The notes beneath the pieces were generated by a model. The model saw nothing but the letters and a program-made list of their open reading frames with translations. It was not told the DNA's origin and searched no databases. Positions 55,012 through 64,000 of a DNA stretch of 64,000 nt are shown here, piece by piece. Every line of letters begins with the position of its first letter. Within the stretch, counting starts at the first letter, position 1. Position numbers and translations under genes: made by a program. Where the stretch lies: the NCBI GenBank assembly GCA_964016885.1, contig OZ024754.1:27652001-27716000 (forward strand), written 5' to 3'. The stretch is from Eledone cirrhosa (lineage: Eukaryota).

Positions 55012-56409
55012 TATATATATATATATATATGCGAGCAACTGTGTCTTTATATATGTGTATATTTCACATAACTTAGAAATTCCTCAAGAAAGAAATCGAT
55101 AACCGGACTTGAATAAATGACTTCGGGTCATTATGATTGACTAAATCATTTCAATGCAGTGCTACAGTATGGCCACAGCCTAATCATAAAAGTGTAAAAC
55201 ATTTCGTTTGAAGACAAATATATAAATTTGCTTACTTCACAAAACTTTGTTAGTAAACAATATATGTAGCCGTTCTCTCTGACTTTTAAGTACTAAGAAT
55301 ATTGTTATATAATTATAAATAATTATATGACTATTGTTAGTGATGAGAAGGTGTTGTGCTTTGCTTGAAGCATTGCGTAAAATGTAGAATGTAACAGGAT
55401 TTATTAGAAGAATAAATCAATGCAAATGTTTTAATGTGAAAGTGGGCTGACGGCCCTAAAGATGATTTGAAAAGGGTCCTGTATAACCATGAGTATCTTT
55501 CACAAAAACATAAGATCTCTTCCATCAACTATGTCCCGAATTTGTCACACTTCAATAACAAAAGAAGCCTGGCATTCGCAGACCCTTCTGCTGGGTGAAA
55601 TTAGATATATATTTAACCCTTTCAGGTCCCTCATCGTAGAACACATACCACGGGATCTATGCACCACTTCCAGCGTTAAAAGAAAAACACCACTTTCACA
55701 TTTTAAAATAGCAGCATGATAATGAGGCAAGATATCCTGTTCTGAATTAATTTCCTTAACGCCTCTTTTGACGAAGATATTTTTTACTGAAATAATGACT
55801 ATTACACAGTTTCAAGGTAACATTCTAACATCTTTATCATTAATGTTAATATTTAATGTTCTATTTGCATTGTTGGAGCCTTCTAATGAAACACATTTCT
55901 ATTGGTAATATTGTAATTAAAGTTGAATAAAAAGAGTGGATTATAATTCCTCGTCAAAGGAACTCGTAATCGCATTAAGTACGCTTGTGTGCATTTATGA
56001 ATGTGTATGTATATCTCAGTGCGTCACAGTATGTACCTGTATGTAACTATGAATGTATATGAATGTATAATGCAGTTATTATATACGTGCTTTATTCTTC
56101 AATAGTTACGTTTCAATAACTATCTTACGTGCAGCTATCTTAAGAATAGTGATAAGTAATTAATTTCTTTGTTTGGAACTTGAGGGCAACATTTATAATA
56201 GAGGTCACCAAGTGCAATTATACGCACCTATAACTTATGGACACGGATTTGAACTTCAGGCATAGAGAATTGAATTCAATTCAACATTGCTTATCTCTAT
56301 ATTGTAATATTACTTCCAATTCGCTGCTTTGAATAATTACATACATATTATGTTAGACATTGGAATATAAATCTATCGATCTAACTATAAATATACAATT
56401 GTAGACACA

Positions 56410-56572
56410 GATATGGCCTAATCGTTAAGGAGTTCATTTTCCAATGGTGACGTCCTGGATACAATCTTGGTGCGTGGGATCTGCGACAAGTATCATATTT
56501 ACTATAGCCCTGGGTCGAAACAAGTTATGTGAGTGGAATTAGTCAGAGGAGAGTTGTGTTGAAACTCGTCAG
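56410..56572 (+). mobile_element. Old tRNA-derived SINE of a second family
   Basis: tggcctaatcgttaag A-box-like head, tactatagccctgggtcga...tgtgagtggaattagt body; highly diverged. Confidence 0.45.
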
Positions 56573-56866
56573 ATATATTGTATCTGTAATTCAAAGATCC
56601 ACCCTCGTCACATTATGTGTTATGCTGATTTGACGTTGGAGTTACATTAACAGTACACGTGGCTGTGGAATACTCAACCACCAGTTACGTACGTTTCGTT
56701 AGCTCTGAGGACCATCTGCTTCAACCTGTGCTGATAAAAATGAACCGGAAAATGTTTACTTTTGGACACCTGTAGTAACTGGCTTTATTAACTATATTCA
56801 AACTCAACCTACAGACTTGAGTTGCTTAGTCTTTCATATTTTTTGCGTACCTATTACTATACATAG

Positions 56867-56924
<58 letters not shown>

Positions 56925-57027
56925 TCATACATATATACATACATACACGCATATACATATATATACACACACAGATATACATATACACACATACCCTCAT
57001 GCATATATATATATAAATATAATTATG

Positions 57028-57600
57028 TATACGTACATACATATATGTATACAGACGTACACTAGTATGTATATACATACATGCACACATATATATATGT
57101 ACGTATGGGTTTACCGAACATTTATTATAATGCTCGGTTTGTTTGTAAACAAACAGCCTGAACTAGTAGCCGTACAGTGTTCGGCAACCATCGTTGCCCT
57201 TTTGTTCAACACTGACCAAGGAACGATGAACTAGTTTCTGGCTTATTAGCTGTCATCAGCACCGTATACCTTCCTATCAGTCGATTGAACGTTTGAAAGT
57301 ATATACTTTCCTCATGTATATTAACGGCTGAGCAGCCTAATTTGCATATCGAGTGAGTTATTCGGCCAGGTGTACCGAAAACGATAAATGGAAAAAATGA
57401 AATTTCATTTCTCACTCTTAGTACGGCTGATACTTAAATATAAGTATGTATACGTACATACATATATGTATACAGACGTACACTAGTATGTATATAGATA
57501 CATGCATGCACACATATACATGTAACTCACTCGATATGCAAATTAGGCTGCTCAGCCGTTAATATGCATAAGGAAAGTATATACTTTCAAACATTCAATC
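57028..57600 (-). mobile_element. Diverged family A subfamily copy with terminal redundancy and inversion; HHR at 57223-57265 (-)
   Basis: tatacgtacatacatatatgtatacagacgtacactag at ~57028 and ~57449; 57523-57600 inverts ~57282-57360; acggtg-CTGATGA-cagctaataagcca-GAAA-ctag-TT-catcgt. Confidence 0.8.
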
Positions 57601-57955
57601 CGCATACACGTCCCTTCTTTTTTATATATCTCTATGTGACGTTATATATATATTTTTTATATATTGTATATTTCTTTCTTTTATATGTGTGTATGTATGC
57701 GTACATGTATATATGTGTGTATATATAAATATATATATATATATAAGTATATGTATATGTGTATGTATGTATATGATTATATTGTTTATATATGTACATG
57801 TCTACTACAAGATACATCCTTTAATGTATGATGTTATATGTATATTTTAGTATATTGTAGGTTTTTTTATATATGTGTATGTGTGTGTATGTACATGTGT
57901 GTGTGTGTATATATATATATATGTATATATGTATATATATATATGTATGTGTGTG

Positions 57956-58045
57956 TTGCCTTTCATCCTTACGGGGTCGATAAAATAAAGTACCAGTAAT
58001 GTACTGGGTAATTGCTGGCCTTGTGCCAAAAAGTAGAAACAATTA
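57956..58045 (+). mobile_element. SINE 3' half
   Basis: ttgcctttcatccttacggggtcgataaaataaagtaccagtaatgtactgggtaattgctggccttgtgccaaaaagtagaaacaatt. Confidence 0.85.
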
Positions 58046-58648
58046 TTTATATTTGTGCAAGTGTATAACAAGATGCATCCTTTCATGTATGACCCTTTGT
58101 ATGATCCATTTTGTAGCCGTATATGACTTTGTGTGTATATCATATTTGTGTATAGACATATGTATGTATGTATGTATGTATGTATCTTTGTAGACGTGCG
58201 TGGGCCTGTATGTGATAGGCGCATATTTGTAAGAGCGTATATGAACCAGTGTGTGTGTACGTGTACCCACTGTAGGGTAAGGGCTTGTTTGTGTTTATAT
58301 ATATATGTATATATATAGTGACGAAACATAAGTCAATTGCATGAACTCATAATCCTTTATTTACTGTTATACTGTTATACTGTTATATATGTTTTTGTAC
58401 CTGTATATATGAACACGTGTGTGTATGTGCGTGTGCGTGTCTATGTATATGTCTGTACGTGTTTACGTATACGAGTAGATATACGCGTATGCATGTGTGT
58501 GCGCCTGTGTGCGTGTGTGTGTTGATGTACGTGGGCATGTAGGCAGGCGTCTGTGGACGCGTATGTCTATAGTTTTCTGGGTTCCCTTGGGTTCCCTTGG
58601 ATGTTGTTATTATTTATGATTGTGTGCGTGTGTATGTGCGAGTGTGTG

Positions 58649-58719
<71 letters not shown>

Positions 58720-59070
58720 AGGGGGGTGAGTACGCGCGTGTACGTGTGACCTACCAAACCCATCAGGGATTGATTGAAGTGTGGCAGGAAAAAGGACAGA
58801 TGATGGTCAGTTTGACAGTACCTGTTGGTCAAAATTTATGATGACGTAGTAAAACAACAGCCAATAGCAGGACGAGCGAAGGGGATGTCTTTTGACGCTA
58901 ACACCCCACATGAGAAAATTTGATCCGAAGTTATTAGAAGTGTCCGTCGAACCTGCAGGTCTAGAATCAGACAGATCCGCACAATGATCACGTCTCGATC
59001 TGTCTGCCGGCGAAGAAACAATTGTAACACACACTAAATTGAGTTCAGATGCATCACTGATTTTTCGTTT

Positions 59071-59101
<31 letters not shown>

Positions 59102-59868
59102 ATAAAGATGTCTATATTCTACTAATACATTGAATACATTTTGATATATATATAGTTTAGGGATTTTAGGGGTTGTAACATCAAGTTGCTGTTGGTTCAC
59201 CCAAGTGAGCACTCGTCGCGTAGTTTCCCGTATGTACTTTGGGTTTGTACTAAGCAGGGTGTAACATTATTGTACAGTACCTCTAATTTAAAGGCTCATA
59301 CCCGTAACATAATATCACGATGAGAATTACAGTAAGCCTGTGGAATCGTCAGCCATGTACCCTATATTACAAGATGGAGTGCGACTGTAATTTAATGACT
59401 CCTGTTACATAATATGTCACGCTGAATCTCCCTGACAATTGCATTGTGTTTACGTGTCTTTGAAATAGATAGCCACTTATATGTTAATTTAACAAATACA
59501 TTGTTCCAATTATCGATCAATTGGGTCTCAAATCATCAAAACAGATTTACTAGTTGTTTTTTTCTACACATTTAACTCTGTAGGGAGGATTGTACTTCAA
59601 AGTATGTTAGGTATTATTGTGAAATACAAACAATAGGTATGATAAGAGCTGGCGTTAGGGGTAACTAACTTGTGTTATGTATTTTATTTTGATCTATATG
59701 TACAGTAAATGGTGCCCATATTTCGGCTTTAGACATTCTCTTTAATATCGATGTAAAAGAGACAGAGAGAAAGAGAGAATGAAATCAAGCTGAACTGCAG
59801 CGTTTGAATATTATAAGGTGTGAAAATAGAGGTGAAAGACAGCGAATATTTATAATAAAGTTGTAATG

Positions 59869-59930
<62 letters not shown>

Positions 59931-60892
59931 AGTAGCAATTCTCAGAGTTGTATATTAAATATTTGTATATTAATATTATGCGAGAAGCACTGATGTAAAT
60001 TAATGAATTCTCGACTAATTATGTGAGTAGTTGCATCATAATATATGTGGAAACAGATACTATAGTATGATGACATCATCAACTCCGTAATACCGATGGA
60101 GGAGTGAAGTGAAAATATAAAATCAATACTGTAACATTTTTTGTGTGTGTTATTACTCAGCTGATGTTCTAACAGATAGATCGTTTATGACTACCATTTT
60201 GGAATTGTCTTTCAGACACAAAGATTGATTTCCCATTAATTTCTTCAGAAGTTTTCGTTGGAACTGTTCGAGTCAACTCTGGTGAATGTTTGCATTTCTG
60301 TATTTTGTATATTTTGTTGTATTTTTACTGTATTTCTCAGTGAATCATTATATGTTTATGTGTGACAGATACATCATTCATTCAAAGGCAACAGATTTAT
60401 CACAGAACACACTGTATTAAATAACAAGAATCGATGGATTTGAAGGTGATGCGAGCCGCAGTGGAATTTTATTTCGATAGTCGACATATTGTTTCAAATA
60501 CATAACAAATCTTCAGTCAATATATTGCTATTGATCTAATATCTAATGAAATGGAAATCAGATGTTTTGTGTGTTCTTTTAAACTAGTAACTGATGTCTC
60601 TCTAGTTAATGAATTCGGTACATATAACAATTTTTACTATTTCCTTTACAATTTTCTAATCTTAATACTACGTATAGTTTTCAATTTATTTTGAAAATAA
60701 TCATGAATTTGCCGGATTTATTCTGGTGTGTCACATCTCACTAGTTGCATCTATTATTACGCTGTATGGCTTTGTATTTTGTCCTAACTTGCTGAGTAAC
60801 TTGTCTCTTAATATATTGAAATTTATTGTTGCATCTTTGTTACACTTTACCTATTCAAATCCAAAGATTTTTCGGACAGACCTATAATAATG

Positions 60893-61200
60893 GTTTCTAA
60901 TTTAGATACAAGGCCAGCTATTTGGGGGAGAACAAAGACGATAATTTTAACCTTTACATCTTATCGACCCTGGAAGCATGAAAGCAAAGTTGATTTCAGT
61001 GGGATTTGAACTCAGAACGTTCTAATAATTTTGTCAATCCATAATATTTCTAGGATTGATGTTGTCTCAAATAATATTAGCAGTGGATAAAAGCGATCGA
61101 ATTGATCTCAATACTTAACATGTATTTTATTTTATCGACCTAAATAGGATGAAAATCAAACTTGATGTCTACGACATTGAAACTCACACTGAAAAGGGAC
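60893..61200 (-). mobile_element. Two diverged SINE remnants
   Basis: ttatcgaccctggaagcatgaaagcaaagtt...gggatttgaactcagaacg and ttattttatcgacctaaataggatgaaaatcaaac. Confidence 0.6.
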
Positions 61201-61574
61201 ATGAGCACATACTACAAAGCATTAAGTTTAAAATTCATTTACGACAGGAAAAGATGTCCCATTTTCGTTATCATCACGAAAAATCTATACTTTACTTTGT
61301 AATTATTAGAGCTTTGGGCGACATGATGTCTTGTCATATTTATTTCAACTCTTTACATGCTGAATTCACACTCTGGCGGGAACTAATTTTTTACACAGAA
61401 AGTTAATTTATATATATGTGGGGTGGAGTGGGACTGGGTTCGTATTCGTCGTTGTTGAGGTTATACACTACATACACCTAGTCAATATATTCATGGTGTC
61501 ACACTTACATAACTTTATATGTTAACTCTGGGCGAGAAATGTATTTACTTTTTGCAATACCTAATATTGTGTGT

Positions 61575-61651
<77 letters not shown>

Positions 61652-62650
61652 CTTGAGTTTTCGGTTTAATTGATTGCCCAAGTTAAACACTTCCTCAGGC
61701 CGTTGTCTGTTTCCAGTGGAATTTATCTTCTTGCAAGCATCTAGGTTAGGTATCTACCTTCTTCTCATCCACCAGTTCAAAATGCCTTGACATGTATCAT
61801 AAGCCTTGGAGTCCCCTTAAGATGATATGAAAACCAAGATCTCTAAATCTGGCACAATATATGGCAAACATTTCACTAGAATATTTGCCAATTGTATATT
61901 TCCGGTTTCCCTTTTCCTCTTCTATTAGAAATTCATAAAAATAACTCGTAAGGAATATTAATCGGGTAATTTTCATTCGAAAACAATACGAAAGGGCAAA
62001 ATATTAGAAAGCAGAAACTGAGAATCAAACAACAAATCCCAATTATTATTGAATAATCATCTTTATTAAATTAAGCACTGGAATCTGTTAGTGTATTCAA
62101 CCAGTAAAAAATTATTAAAGCAAATCTGAGTGACAACTAATTAATATGATAATGCCCCATGCTGTTTGACGATGACGAAATAATTACATTTTTGAAAGCA
62201 ATATTACATCTTTTATAAAGAATTCATTACTCAAAGAGATGTAATTGGCATTTAGAGTAGGTTTCATATTATCTCCATACACAGCTTGTTTCCAACTTAT
62301 TGAAATATAGAAATATTTTAACATTTTTAAACGAACACACAATAGCAGAAACTATCTATCTTTCTTTATTTCTGGTTTTGTATGTTTTGTGTAAATCGTC
62401 AGTCACATGCGGTCAGGGGTGTAAGTGTGTGTGTGTGTGAGTGTGAGAAAGAGGGATGGAAAAATTTAGTGGTGTTGGTAGTACCGGAAAAGGATTAATT
62501 TTAAAAAATCCAGAATGAATGTATGATATATACACTGGTGCGTGTGTTTCTTATTGGCAACATGACCCTCCCAAAGTATAACAATATCGGTTTCAACACA
62601 CATTGCTAAACAAATTCAGAAACGAAAAATATATATATATATATATATAT

Positions 62651-63597
62651 AGGACGGGTAAAATTCCCGAGATCCATGGACGAGTTCTCTCCAGCGGTGT
62701 CTGTCACTAATTATCGCTGCCATGTCCTGCGTCTCCAACAAGTGTCTGTGTTTAGGGCATCAACATACGTTATCCTTGGTTTTCCTCTTCCAGTGTGTCC
62801 ATGCAGAGACTCCACAGGAGCACTGAGTGCAGTGTCAACTTTGGATGTCGGTGAGCATGTCCAGCTAACCTCAGTCTCCCCTGAGTCACTTTTGAGCTGA
62901 CTTTTGGGAGGCTCCCACACAGCTCTGAGTTTTTCATCCTCAGTGTATGCTGATTAATGTTCAGAGCCATCCTCAGTATTCTCGTGTAGCACTCATCCAC
63001 CATCTGAGTGAGTTTCTTGGTCAGTGTCCAAGTCTCAGACCTGTACAGCAGCACAGACTCCACTACAGCAATGAAGAGGCGAATCTTCAGGTCTCCACGA
63101 AAGTCCGACTTCCACACCGATCTCAAGCTGTGGCACGCCACCCAGGCTTTGCTCTTCCTCTCAACCACATCATCTTCCGTATCCCAATCTTTGCTCCCAA
63201 ATACAGGAACTCCTCAACTAATTCTAGCGGCTTCCCGCCTACATTAGTAATCCCCTCTGGCTTCTCAACATTCTCTACCAGATATTTTGTCTTAGTCTCA
63301 TTCATTTTCAGCCCCACACTCATCGACACAGTCTCAACTTCCTGCATCAAATCATCTACCTCCTTCACTGTATTTGTCACCAAAACTATGTCGTCGGCAA
63401 ATTCAGCATCCGATATCTTTTTCGCCTTTACTCTCCTTCTCTGAGCCGGTGGTACAGTAAAGCCAGAGTCCTGGTCTTTCTCCAGTGCAAGGCACATACA
63501 ATAGTCCACTACGATGATAAAAAGGTAGGGACCCAATGTATCTCCCTGGAGCACTCCAGCCAGTATCTCAAGGAATTCTGTCATCCCATCAGGTGTA
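62651..63597 (-). mobile_element. 5'-truncated RTE-clade LINE
   Basis: AGVLQGDTLGPYLFIIVVDY, EFADDIVL, EEFLYLG, RLFIAVVESVLLYRSETWTLT..YTRILRMAL; frameshifted; 3' end runs into (TA)n. Confidence 0.85.
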
Positions 63598-63806
63598 ATG
63601 TTATTTTAATAAATATATATATATGTTTATATATATATATAAATGAAAATATAGAAATTAATGTGAGCAAGAAGCCAACAGTATTTCATAATATATGAGT
63701 GACTATAACGTCAAAGTGGAAAATAATTAACGTAAGATATGGGAAATTAATTCAAACTCAATTCAAAAAAATCAAATATATATATATATTAAAATAACAG
63801 ATTAAA

Positions 63807-63855
63807 GTTTAAGCAAACAATCGCTGCTTTCACCCTTAACGGGATCTTCTGAAAC
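63807..63855 (-). ncRNA. Type I hammerhead motif, U4A variant core
   Basis: Reverse complement gttt-CAGAAGA-t ccc gttaa ggg t-GAA-AGCA gcgattgtt TGCT-T-aaac; 63789-64000 is a diverged inverted copy of ~52570-52800. Confidence 0.7.
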
Positions 63856-64000
63856 TAAAAAAATCTATCTGTGAACGCAGAAGTGAATATTTCTAAAAAT
63901 GTTGCAACCGAAGAAAAACACCAAGACTTTACTTTGGTTCGTGAACGGAAAAAAGAGATGATAAAACGTCATTATGTGGAGCGATGAAAACAATTACACG

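Noticed and set aside
55337-55730. Short overlapping ORFs as possible host exons (also 17996-18050, 60249-60281)
   Set aside because: No homology recognised; splice-like sites are expected by chance

Overview
Eukaryotic, very AT-rich, (TA)n-saturated repeat DNA, most likely from an octopod cephalopod (inferred from the tRNA/Nin-domain SINE family). No host gene exon could be supported; almost all short ORFs in the track are microsatellite translations. Main contents: (1) an intact, intronless 2224-aa Helitron (Helentron/Helitron2-type) Rep-PIF1 helicase ORF whose C-terminus is a USP/peptidase-C19-like deubiquitinase domain; (2) a dense set of type I hammerhead-ribozyme (HHR) motifs from about ten unrelated short families, mostly with palindromic stem III, sitting in (TA)n tracts and usually arranged as fold-back palindromes or partial tandems, three of the neighbouring inserts still carrying Penelope-like GIY-YIG/RT remnants; (3) a 12-kb pile-up of SINEs, one L1/Tx1 and three Dong/R4 elements in (TAA)n; (4) CR1, RTE, mariner and hAT-MITE remnants. 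All calls are by eye; none has been checked against databases.
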